NCBI GenBank assembly: GCA_051294375.1
Contig: CM119268.1
Span: forward strand, 7,650,632 to 7,714,416
Reading direction: 5' to 3'
Origin: Paraspadella gotoi
Taxonomy: Eukaryota > Animalia > Chaetognatha
DNA: 63,785 nt
Part shown: piece by piece, positions 26,301 to 41,384 of the stretch
How the letters are laid out: each line of letters starts with the position of its first letter
Position numbering within the stretch: the first letter of the stretch is position 1
Position numbers and translations under genes: made by a program
Notes under the pieces: model-generated
The model's input: only the letters and a program-made list of their open reading frames with translations
Database searches by the model: none
What the model was told of the DNA's origin: nothing

Positions 26301-28814
26301 AGGAGAGAGAGGTAGAAGAGAGAGAAGAGAGTAGAGAGAGAGAGAGAGAAAGAGAGGCGAAAAATACATTGGAGCTTGATCAACTCAATGACGTCGATCG
26401 GCACCCGAAAGGCGACCTCACCTTTTTATCGCGGTCACTCACCCAGACGTCATCACTCGAGAGCGCAGCAGCGTAGCGGCTTCGCAGGGTGGCATCCGTT
26501 AACCCTAACCGTGACAACGCCGATCGACGCTGGGTGGCGCTGGCGCGGCGTCCTCGTCTTTCATCTTCGATATGCAGATTCAATTCTTTTCGTCTTTCAG
26601 GGATTTTCTTTCATGTTGAGCGAAGATGACGATAATGACGACGACGATAACGACGACGACGATCAATAGGAAAACGACGACGACGACGATGTCATTAAAA
26701 CAAAAAAAAAGACGACGACGACGACGACGACGATATCTTGAAGGAAAAAAAAATAAGACGAGAGCGACGAAAGCTGGAGTTGGGGATGTTGTTAAGGGAA
26801 GTGTTTGAGAAGGAGTGATGTGGTTGAGAGAAGCCTAAGGCAAAGGTGGAAGGAAAAAGTGAAGGGAAAAGGAAAAATGAAAAGAATACGAAAAATAATA
26901 TACAACTTGATTACTTCTCTTTTATTCTCCCAGTGTCATGACAGTTCACGACTTTAAACAGACAAAATTAAGGGCGAACAAAAGTGGAAAAAAGTGATCA
27001 ATAAAATGAAAGGAACGACGACGACATTGACGACGATGGACGACGACGACGACGACGACGACGACGATGAAAAGGAATGAAGACTAAAAAGGCGAGGGAG
27101 ACCTAAAAGGAGTGGAAGATGGGGATTGGTATTTAATTAATGTTGTTAAATATTGTTAAAATATTTATGAACTTACATTTCAGATTTAGATATATTTTTA
27201 ATTTCTATTAAAATACCGCTTTATAATGAGAGCAGCCTCCAGTCTCTTCCCTGCTTTTCCTGTCGCCGTCGTAGACCTGCTAACTGCAATCAAGGAGACG
27301 ACGACAACAACAACGACGACAGCGACGTCGACGCCAGCGAAACAAAAGACGCGGCCGCCAGTCGCCGTCTGGCGGCGCGAAAACGTAATCCGGGACGCGG
27401 CGACGACGAAAACGAAGACGACGACGACGAAAACGAAAGACGACCATAAATCATCGAGACAAAAGAACAAATGAGCAGCGAGGATTTTTCATGGCGCAAC
27501 GAATTAATTGAGAAGAGAGAGAGAAACTCCTTCTTGATTTTTCATCTCTCTTAGTTACCTGGGGTTAAGCCTGGGCTGAGGATGCTTGGAGTAAAAAGGG
27601 AGGAAAAGGAAAGAAAATATTGAGAGGAATAGAAAAGTTATAGAGAAAAAGCAAGAGAAATAAGTTAAATGCACGCAGGCAAACAAAAAAAATAGAATAG
27701 AAAGAGGAAAAAAGAAAGAAGAAAGAAAAGAGCGCGAGTCTCCTGTGATCGATTAACTCTGAAACGGAGAGCGAAAAACAAAATCTGGAAGAAAACAAAA
27801 GATTAAAAAACAAAACTGGAACAAAATACAAAAAAAAAAATACAAAAACAAAGCGAGAACAGGAGTAAAGGAGAAATTTACCGCCCCACCTCCTTTGGAA
27901 ATCCGAGAGAGTTAAAAACATGTTTTTTCCCCCCAGAAGGAAAAATCGTTTTCTATCCATGATCCATCTCTTTCTCTCTCTCTCTCTCTCTCTCTGATTC
28001 TTGATCTCTCTCCCCCTTTCTATTTCTCTTCTCATTTTTCTCCTCTTCCTCCATCCTCTTCCTCTTCCTCCCACCCCCCTTCTCCGCCGCGGGTCAGATC
28101 AAAAAGACGGAAAATGTTTCACTCGGAGAGAAAATTGATGAAGAAAAAAGTGAGTTTGGGTCGAAGGAGGTTAATTGTGAGAGACAACAGGTGACGGAGT
28201 CTGTGAGATGGATCACGTGAGGAAATTCGAAGAGGCTGGTGGGGGGNNNNNNNNNNNNNNNNNNNNNNNNNNNNNNNNNNNNNNNNNNNNNNNNNNNNNN
28301 NNNNNNNNNNNNNNNNNNNNNNNNNNNNNNNNNNNNNNNNNNNNNNNNNNNNNNNNNNNNNNNNNNNNNNNNNNNNNNNNNNNNNNNNNNNNNNNNNNNN
28401 NNNNNNNNNNNNNNNNNNNNNNNNNNNNNNNNNNNNNNNNNNNNNNNNNNNNNNNNNNNNNNNNNNNNNNNNNNNNNNNNNNNNNNNNNNNNNNNNNNNN
28501 NNNNNNNNNNNNNNNNNNNNNNNNNNNNNNNNNNNNNNNNNNNNNNNNNNNNNNNNNNNNNNNNNNNNNNNNNNNNNNNNNNNNNNNNNNNNNNNNNNNN
28601 NNNNNNNNNNNNNNNNNNNNNNNNNNNNNNNNNNNNNNNNNNNNNNNNNNNNNNNNNNNNNNNNNNNNNNNNNNNNNNNNNNNNNCAGAAAAAAAAAAAC
28701 TATCTTCAGAATATTAAATCAGCGCTTAAAACAAAACCACTGAAAATATCGAAACATGTCAAAAATATTGTGACGTCACGACACAGAGGAAAAAAATCGA
28801 CTTTCTGCTTCGAC

Positions 28815-31846
<3,032 letters not shown>

Positions 31847-32387
31847 TAAGGCGTCGTCAGTTAGATGCTAAAATGTATGTAATTCCTGCTCCCTTTAAAA
31901 CCAGACGGGGGAAGGTCGTGTATGTATTTTCTGTCCCTTTAAACCAGACATAAGAAATAAAGGAAATGGGACCATGAGGGTGATATTTATCCTCTTCTCC
32001 TCTTCTTCCTCCTTCCTCCTCCTCATTTGATTGTTTCCTTCCCGAAGGATCGATCGAGATTTTAAGGACAATCTTGATCGAAGGGAGAGAGAGGGAGGAG
32101 CGAGAGGGAGAGAGAGGTAGTACGAGGTCTGAGAGAGAGAGGGAGCAGAAGAGAAAGGGAGAGAGAGAGGGAGAGAGAAGAGGAAGAGAGGAGAGAGAGA
32201 GGAAGAGAGAGAGGGAGAGAGAGAGGGAGAGAGAGAGGGAGACGAGAGAGAGGGAGAGAGGAGAAGCGAGAGGGAGAGAGATGAGCGAAGAGAGAGAGAG
32301 ATCGAGGGAGAGAGGAGAGAGATAGAGGAGAGAGACATGATTCTCCGTAAAGTTACGTTGAAGTCATGTTCGGGTTTTCTGTGAAGT

Positions 32388-32734
32388 CTTCAAGATTGGC
32401 GTGAAGTCACGTGATTAATGTCTGCCGTCACTCTAAAAAAAGGCCTTTCAAGATTGCCGTGAAGTCACGGGAGAGGAGGGAGAGAGAGAGGCGAGAGAGA
32501 AAGGAAGAGAGAGAGAGGGAGAGAGGAGAGAGAGAGAGAAAAATAGTGAGGCGAGAGGAGGGAGAGAGAGTCTGTGTGAGAGAGAGGGAGAGAGAGAGGG
32601 GAGAGAGGCAGAGAGAGGGGAGAGAGCTAAAGGGACGGAGAAATAGAGGGAGAGAGAGAGATGAGAGAGGAGATAGTTGAAATCTTCAAGATTGCGTGAA
32701 GTTCAACGTGATTTGATTGTTCTGGTCACGTGAT
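32388..32734 (+). promoter_or_regulatory. Three dispersed copies of a ~27-bp motif CTTCAAGATTG(N)CGTGAAGTCACGTG upstream of the spliced gene
   Basis: Copies at 32388-32416, 32446-32470 and 32684-32713, plus gtcacgtga at ~32725. A regulatory role is inference. Confidence 0.45.
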
Positions 32735-33108
32735 AGAGATGGAGGAAAGGGAGAGGAGAGGTGAGGATTTTTATAAAAGGAGAGGATCGAGGAACAAACA
32801 AAGGAGAAGGAAAAGCGAGACATTGGATAATTCCCGTGTCTATGGTCAGGAAACAAAGTGAGAAGGAAAAAGCGAGACAGGGTCAGGCACATTGTTTTCT
32901 TTAGATGTTTTCAACTGTAGTATCAAACTATCATTTTCAACGAATTTTATTCGGATCTTGGAATTTTCTTCAAAATATCTTCAGTCTAAAAACTCGCGTA
33001 TTTTTCTGATAAACTATTTTTCTTCCCAAAACTTTTGCGCCAAAATCTCCACAAAATATTTTTGGTAAAAATTTTATTTAAAAAATATTCATCAAATATT
33101 TTTTTTAA

Positions 33109-35440
33109 ATGGATCTTTCACAATTAAGTTGAAGGTTTAAATCATGTGTTGAAAAAAATACAAAATAATAAAAGAAAGAAAACGAAAAATAGATGAGGGA
33201 ACTCAATGGAAATTGAAAAAAAAAAAGACAAAAACTTTTGGTTGAAAAAGAAAAAAAGAAAGGAGAAAAAGGAAAATTCTCTTCTAGAAAAAAAGTCTGC
33301 TATAACTAACAAAAAAACGTTTTTGTGAAGCTAAAAAGCAAAATCCGCGAAAATACATGAGGAAAAAAAGAGCAAGTAAGTTATTTCAAATTATTTATTG
33401 TAGTTAATATAATATTATCAATATGAATAATTGTGATTATTATTTAGTAATTGATAATTTAAATAATAATAATATTATTAATGTGATTAAATATGAAACT
33501 TTTTGAATTTAATTATTCTATTTTATTTATTTTTAGATACCCTGCTCTTTTTTTCTGAATTCACTATATTCAGAAATGCAAAAGGCATGAAGACAAGGAT
33601 AGAAATGAGAAGGATGGGACGTTGAAAAGCAGGAAATGTAGCAAAAGAGTAAGTATTGTTAAAAAAATTGAATTGTTGCGGTTAATTTCAATTAATAATT
33701 ATTAAATGGTTTTGGTAATATGGAGAAAGGCGGTTAGTGGGGTATGATTAAAAGAGTACAGTAATGTTAAAAAAGTTGTTTTTTACTTGGTTAATGCCGT
33801 TAATGATCATTTAGAATGGTTGGGATAGGGGAGAAAGGTGTCGTGGTGGGATATGGATAAATAAAATATGAAAATGTTTGTTTGTATTTAATTTTTTTTC
33901 TTTTCCGTTTTCTCAGTCAATTTTCACGCAGATTTCTTGAGCAAGAAAAATCATTGCATTGGGATGCTGGCGCCATGGAAGAGGAGTCAAGTGCTTTGCG
34001 TTCATGATGTGTCAATCTACTTCAGATCCACAATTTCTCCACGTGATTGGGGGATTCTTCAAAAAATTCGCCCCTCACCTAATCAGATCCACAATTTTTC
34101 ACCTCTTCCATTTAATGATTTGTCAATTTTGGACCAAAATCACAACCAACTCGTCCTCTTGAATGAAATGCTTGAGGAATCAAGTGCATTTCATGATCAT
34201 CCCAGCGCTACTTTCACTGGTGAGGAAACAAAAAGATTTTTAACTACTTTTTCTAAAGATTAAAATAAGTGTGCATTATTCAGAGGAAATGGAATCAAAT
34301 ATTTAGTAATATTGATGATTAAAAGTTAAAGGTGGAAATTATTCACAAGGGGATTATTGATTGGAGGATTTTCACTTTCATGTTGTTGCAAATGAAGGAA
34401 TGGGAAAATTGTTCTACCACTTTCAATGATTACAAGGATTAAAATATTTTAAATGATTAAAGTACTGGAACAAAAGTGAGTCTGAGTTGAAAATTGATTG
34501 AAGTAGTTGCAGAATTTCGAAATTTTTTATCTCGACACCTATGAAAATGTTGGAAATGCATTCAAAACCAATTGATACATTGATTATAAAAATTGGGAGA
34601 GTGGCGTTTGGAGAAGAGTCAATAATTACTTTTTCATATATCTTTTAATATACACACAATTATTTTCTCTCTTGAAAAAACAAATTTGGAAGGTTGTTGG
34701 TAATTCAAAGTATTCTTCATTATAATAAAAAAAGCAGACGTTTACAGTTCTCTTTTTCAAATACTATCAGAGGCACTATGAACTTATGATTTTTTGATGA
34801 TTCCATTGATGGAAACACTTTACAAAAATTATTTCCACTATTTCCCAATCCATGTATGCCAAACAAAGACACATTACTTTTTTGGAGGTGAAGATGGATT
34901 CGATTTGTTTTCCAACAATTTTCCTTTCCTGAGAAGATCAATTTCATCACCTCTAGTGAGCATTCAAAATTCATTTTTTCTTCAGATAAATCAAAGACGT
35001 CTAATGATATTAAATTGATACACATGAGATTCCTCCTCTTCTCCCATCTCATTTGATAAATCAAAGAATTCAAATGACAATGCCAAAAAACAAAAAAATT
35101 TAAGGGAAATGGAAAAAAAGGTCATTATAAATGTTAATTCGTCTAATATATTTACGATGTCGGAAAATTTGTTCTAAGAAATTTTCAAATATTAATGCAG
35201 TTGATTCATATGAATGATTAACAAGAATCATCACTGGAAGACATTTAAACTCCATTTTCAATTGATTTTGTATTCATAATATGTGGAGTGCTGCCCCAAT
35301 TTAATTTTCACCAGTAAGATTGCGAAAAAATGAAACATTTTTACCAAATCTCATTGCCTTATTGACGGATATTATTATTGCATTTCCATGTTAAAGCTAT
35401 TAAATTTGTAAATATATTATGAAAAGTAGAATAAAAAAGA
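33109..35440 (+). CDS. Spliced coding region of unknown function upstream of (possibly fused to) pPolB; frameshifted in this assembly
   Basis: ATG at 33109 opens a Lys/Glu-rich exon. Introns 33376-33536 (GTAAGT...ttttatttatttttag) and 33649-33916 (GTAAGT...ttttccgttttctcag). Exon 3 is open for ~115 codons (INFHADFLSKKNHCIGMLAPWKRSQVLCVHDVSIYFRS...). The 3' boundary is uncertain. Confidence 0.5.
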
Positions 35441-38400
35441 CATGGAGAGCAAGTGCATTCTAAGATGGAAAATTGGTATTGAAAATGGTTATTCAAGTGT
35501 ATAAAAAAGAAATTATTATATTGGTTAAAAAATTCAAGTTGGTGCTGGTGCTGGTGCTGGTGATGGAGATAAAAAATGGAGAAGATGACGGATACAAAAG
35601 GGAAGGATTTTCAAGAAATAAATTGTTCCAACATTGTTTTAAAAATAGGTTGATGATAAAATTGAAAGGACAATCAATTTTCAGAAAAATGTATTGTAAA
35701 GAAAAGATGGAGAATTCTCATGAGTTGGAACAAATCTTGATTATAGAAAGAACAAACAGAAGGGGAAGCATATGAAATAGTTTTCAAAGAAAAGAAATGC
35801 AACAACATATTGAAAAGTCTTTTCTAATGTTCAAGGAAAGCATGTGAAAGAAAGATTGAGTTAAAGAAATTAAAGAAAAAATGGAGATAAGTGTGGGCTA
35901 TACCTCTGCTGGTTCTTTTTGAAAGAATAAATGAGAAGCTGAAAAGGAAATGCTTTGTCATGGTTTAGAACCAGCACTGTTAGATTTAATATTTGTTAAA
36001 TAATTGATGAAATTGAATCATATATGGAAAAAAAATGCTAGAGAAATAAGTGAAAAAATTGAAGATTATATTAAGTAAGGGATCTGGATGCGTCTATTGT
36101 TGATTATTGTGAGTCATTGCTTCTTGAGTTTGTTCAATCTGATCCATTTAAATGGATGTGTGAGGTTATTCATTTACCTTCAAAATAATTTAAAGAAAAA
36201 ATGGGGACTGGTTCAATATCAACAGTTAAATGTAATTAACCCATGAATAATGATGACTACTGCATATTGTGGAATATTGGCTATATGGCGAAAAGGAATT
36301 ATGGAAAAGGAAGATTGAATTTTGAAAAAAGATTGGTTGCTAATCCTGACAGCATTAAAGGAAGAAAAGTTAGTGGAAGAATTGGAGAATTGTGGAGAGG
36401 ATGAAAAATCATCTCAAGATTTACCATTTCCATTTCCTGTGAGTAGAAGTAAAATTCAAATGTTGAAGAAAACGACTACCAGATTAAAAGCAAGAATAAA
36501 TGTGATTGGATTTTGAAGAAGATAAAAGTATTTTGTTAATATGTATTCAGACAATAGTGATTATCCCGAAGAAATTTATTCTAATATTTCATTTACATTC
36601 ATGTTTTAAGAGGACGAAAGTAAAAAGCTTGGGAATGTGTTTGTGCGAAAATGTGAGGAAAATAGCTGAGGAAGTTGTGGAAGCAAGAGAAAGAAACATA
36701 TTAATTTATTATTTGTACCAAGATCATTTGCTTTGATTATTGAGTTTACAATGCATGTTATGTAAAATATCCACCAATACAAAACGAAAATATTTATGCA
36801 CCGCATGCTAATCATAATTTCATATCAGCATTGGGTTTGTTAAAACATGGAAAAAGATTGCTTTTCAGTAAATAAAATGAAACAGCAAATGAAATTACCT
36901 TCTTTAATTGATGGAAAACCACCACAATATAAATTACTAAATCATTTCATGGAAATCTCTGCGAAAAACTCATATTTCAGTATTGTATAGAGACATCATA
37001 TGATCCAGTCAAAAGTTGCCCACAGTGAATGGCAACTGAACAAAAAATGCCTGCAGAGTCATTGCAAGGTTATGAACTAAGGATTATTTGAAGATAAAGG
37101 GGAAAAAGATCCATATGAAATAAGATTAGCCAAAAAACAAGGAAATTTACATCTCCAATGTGAATTATGGTCCATACCTGTCAGATTGTGATTAATTCAT
37201 TAAATGACATTGACAGTCATGCAAGGATTATAATTCAGATATTAGAAAAATTCGTGATCATAAATAGAAACCAAAATGAATGATGAGAAGAAACAATTTT
37301 CAAGAGTCTAAGAATTTGTCAAATGGTGTGGGGAAGAAATTTATAGATAAATCCTGAACAAAAAAGGAGATGTTAAATCCGAAATTCATTGTCATATTTC
37401 TGGTTAATATATCTTAATTGCACTCCATTTCAAAATGGTAATATGAGATATCAAGATATGTCACCACCATATTTGTTCTTTAGCACATTGTGCATAAAAC
37501 ACTTTGCTATGCACTATTTATAGATGAGGCTAATAGTGAACAACAAGAGAGGAATTCTGATCATTCCTATTTTTAAAGGATATTAAAACTATTGCCCTCA
37601 GTTCAAAGAAAAAATATTTATCATTGGATTTAGAAGTATTTTGTAGAGTTTTCATGTGGTGATGAGAATTGAACATGATGGTATTAAAAAAGAATAAGAA
37701 AGGTGAGTCATGTTATCATCTATAAGAAATTCGAATTTGGACAGCTAGTTCATTTTTGTTCAGACAAATTAGCACAACTTGCTAATATTTCATTAAAAGC
37801 GTGAAATTAAAGAAGGGACGGAAATTGGAGAAGTTTTTTGCACAGCAACAAATGATTTGGTTAAGGATTGATTACATTGAGAAATTATACCAGTACAAAG
37901 TTGCTTAACAAAAAGGAATTTTTCCCATATTGTGGTTTTCGGGTAATAAAATGGGGAAACCAGAATTTTCCTTGCAATTGAATGCTTCTACTGATTTTTT
38001 GAAAGATGAGCCCAATTTCACAAGAAAATTCATATATTTTGCAAAGATATGTGGATATAAATTGGCAGAATGGAAAGTGAAAACGAGTAAAAGAATTTCC
38101 AAGGAATGGATTGAAGGATTATATAAAATTGAAACAGATTTTTGAAATTAGAAGTATTGAAAAAGCATCTGTTCATGACTTTTCGCGAATATCATTTGCA
38201 TTATTATCTAAATCCACAATACATTATTACTTGATGTTTTCATAATCATTCAGAAAATTTTATGCTTTGGAGAACACAATCTAGATAAATATTACAATTT
38301 TCACCCTTCCTTCTTATTCATGTCATGTTTGATGCTGTGAATTGAAAGTGAAAGTAGATTATTTAATGCAATTGGAAGATAAATTGTATTTATTTGTGAA

Positions 38401-39975
38401 TCATTTGCAACCGCGCGGAATTTGCTTTATGGGAAAAAGGGTATTTCAAAGCAAACAATCAATACACTAATTATGATAGTTCTTTTGCATATTAAATACA
38501 TAATGGTACATCGGATTGCTAATAATCTTTATGGATTAGCTATGTTGCTATAAAAATGCTATAAGTGGGCTTTCCATTTCCTTTAATAATGAAGAATTGG
38601 GATGAATTTGAAAAAAAAATGAAAAAAGGGCGTCTATTTCGCGATTGGACTCCCGATGCGGCTGATATTGAATCCTGGGAAGGAAGAATCTGGAGACAGA
38701 AGTTGTTGAAAAAAGTATTGGTTATTTCATAGAAGCAACATTTAGAGTGCCTCCTGAAATACATGGATAAATTAAATTTAATTAATCCCCCTGGTGGAGA
38801 GAAAAATGTCTGTTCCAATGAATTGTTTATCCGAAGGTCAGACAAAGTGAAAGGTATTGAATATTAGGAAAACATTGAAAGCTAATTCTAACTTAAATGA
38901 TAAGGTAAATATGAAAATGTCATTATTTAAATTTCCATTTTTCTTATCATGGGTTTAGAATTAGTTTCAATTAACGGCGCTTCTTTAAGTTTAATCAGGA
39001 TTATGAATGCGTGATTATATTTTACATAAATACCAAAAAAACGACAAGAAACTAAATCCACATTTGTTAAAAATTTTAGAAAATATTTAAATAATTCAAT
39101 TTATGTCGCACTAGTCTTATGAATAACGCAAACATTCAAATGTTTGCATTATTAAAGATCATTAAATCATTTGAAAGAGAGACCAAAAAAAGTACTTCAA
39201 TAGATATGTAGATTTTACGGAAAATACTGGAATGGTCTTTCATCAACAGCCAGTTTTTGATGCTGATCAACTTGTTTTTTTTTGGTGGCAACAATTTGCA
39301 ACTTAGCAAGCTGGATCATCTCAATTTTTTTTACCAAAGTGCTATGTTCCATTTTGTAAAGAAAGACAAATTTAAATTAAAACCTCTTTTATATACCGAT
39401 GACCGATCCTTGTCTGCGAATTTCACTTATTTCAGATGGGGATAACTATTCAGCCAGATCTTTATCAGGATTTGTTTGAATTAAATCGAACATCTTGATT
39501 TAGTGATTATGATTTGGACCATCCATTCTATAAAAATTTATGTGAGGAAAAACTCGAAATTGCTCTCAAAATATCGAAGAGATAATAAAAGACACTTGGG
39601 AAAGTTAGTTGATGAGTGTCCCGAAAATTTTGTTGAAGAGTTTGTTGCATTTGAAAAGTAAGGTGTATAGTCTAAAATTCAATGATCAAACTTGAATTGA
39701 AAAAAATGTGGAGGACGACAATCAAAAAAACATTCCAGTGACTTTAATTGTCGCAGTTATATAAAGAAGTGGCATTTGAGAAATAAACTTTTCTAGTTTT
39801 TCAAGAGCAAAAGCGGTTTTCGTAAGTAAAAAACATGAAATGTTTTGAATGGTCATTCAAAAAAAGTCTTTTGATGCATATGATGATAAACGATTTTTTA
39901 TGTCCTGATCACATTTCTACTTTAGCTCATGGACATTATAAAATTCCATTTATTCAAAAAGACACAATGGAATGA
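35440..39975 (+). CDS. Protein-primed family B DNA polymerase (Polinton-type) with N-terminal GSGW domain and endonuclease VII-like Zn module; many frameshifts, probably sequencing errors
   Basis: Motifs in the expected order across frames: EDYI-KGSG(W) ~36061-36090; NNDDYCILW ~36246; FPFPVS..INVIGF 36427-36513; CxWCG ~37315; HCHISG ~37386; QKGIFPY ~37908; DANNLYGLAM ~38514-38545; LMNNA ~39116; LLYTD(T)DSL ~39385-39412; SDYDLDHPFY ~39502; LGKLVDE ~39595; EEFVA..KSKVYS ~39635-39671; KSFDAYDDKRF-CPDHISTLAHGHYKI to stop 39973-39975. The start is approximate. Confidence 0.9.
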
Positions 39976-40017
39976 AGATTTAAATTAGTTTGTAAATTGA
40001 TTATAAATTTTTTTTAG

Positions 40018-40230
40018 AATGACGATGTTGTCCAATTCAATTGGAGATCTGAGATGGATTTTTTTAAGTAAGTTTTAATCTTCATTTTCTATCAATTATT
40101 TTAACAACAATTTTGATTTTTTCATTTAGAACAAAGTTTTTTGAAAAGAGATAAAAACAATGATTTTATTTTCAAATTTTTTCTAAATAAAATTCACAAT
40201 GAAACAGAAGAAAAATACAATAATTGATTT
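40018..40230 (+). CDS. Candidate small spliced exons immediately downstream of the pPolB stop
   Basis: Acceptor ttttttttag ending at 40017; open exon 40018-40067 (NDDVVQFNWRSEMDFF); 62-nt intron 40068-40129 (GTAAGT...ttttcatttag); then a coding-like RDKNNDFIFKFFLNKIHNETEEKY after one frameshift. Confidence 0.35.
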
Positions 40231-40424
40231 TTTCATAAAGAAATACTTTAAGAGTTTTTTTTATTTAGTTTACTATTTTAGTTTATAAAATTTTTTTATA
40301 AAACAACTTCTCTAGATCTTTAATTCTCAGTTTTCAATTTCATCTGCATTGGGAGTTTAATTGAAGATATGCCCCTATCATTTTTTTTTCAAAAAAGTTT
40401 TACAAGTAAATTTGTAAAATGTAA

Positions 40425-40850
40425 ATGTTTTTAGTTTAAAATATTTACTTATTAAATATGAATAAAATGTAGACTTTGTTAATGCTGGTTTATTGCATTT
40501 TCTTTTTTTTAATTACAGGAATAAAGTATCAATAATATGATAGCTATTCAAAAAGAATTATAAGTTTTTTTTTGTATTCTTTAGCTGTATTCATTTTGAT
40601 ATGTTTTGATTAGCTTTTTAAAAGTTCAACTTTCATTTATTTTTTAGTTTAAAAATGATTACTTATTAAAAGATGGCGAAAAATGATTAACTTATTTTGG
40701 TTTAATACATTTCTTCTTACAGTAGAGTATAAAGAATCAATAATATCTCTTATTTATTCAAAAATAATTATTAGTTTTTCTTTAAAAAGAAAATTCCTTT
40801 ATGTATTCTTTTGTTATTTTAGATTAGCTTTTAATAATTTTCAACTATCC
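40425..40850. repeat. Diverged ~210-bp tandem duplication in the AT-rich region between convergent genes
   Basis: Anchors occur twice in the same order: ttagtttaaaa, ttacttattaaa, tggttta, ttacag, atcaataatat, tattcaaaaa, tgtattcttt, gattagctttt, ttcaact. Confidence 0.7.
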
Positions 40851-41384
40851 ATCACAAGTTGAATGTAGATTTTATTTATCTTTTTTACTTTGTCACATTT
40901 TTCTTAGGAAAAATGTTTTTTACCTTTAAGTTAACAAGAATTGAAAAATTGATTGTTAAATTATTTTGGTAAATGTTGTAAAAAATTCTTTTACTTTGTT
41001 GTTTTGATGAAATAAAAAATATTATCAAGTTAATAAGTGGGATTTCTTTTAAAAAAAACCTTAAAAATTAAATCTGTTCTATTTTCATTATAAAAACAAC
41101 TCAACTTGTTGATTTTAAATAAGTTTTATTGAAGATTTCATTAAGATGAAACAGTTAGACAAAGAAAATTTCAACATCCAATCTCATGACTAAGTCTTGA
41201 AAAACATGAATTCTGACACAGCAAACAAATGACTAAGTCTAGGATATGAACATGAAATTCTGGGACAGGAAAATTGATTGTAATCTAAAAATATGAAAAG
41301 GAAATAGAATTGATTGATGAATAATAATTTATCATTTGAATGATAACTAATTGACCATTTTCTGATAAGTAAAAAGTTTAAAAA

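Noticed and set aside
34775-34810. ELMIFDD as Walker B of an A32-like packaging ATPase
   Set aside because: I could find no Walker A (GxxGxGKS/T) upstream and no RH motif downstream.
39822-39827. GTAAGT near the end of PolB as the donor for the downstream exons
   Set aside because: It lies in a conserved F-R-S-K-K-H motif and appears to be created by a one-base insertion error.
35440-39975. Calling the polymerase a decayed pseudogene
   Set aside because: The catalytic motifs are retained and the lesions are mostly single-base indels like those in the neighbouring duplicate copies, so sequencing error is more likely. It cannot be decided without polishing.
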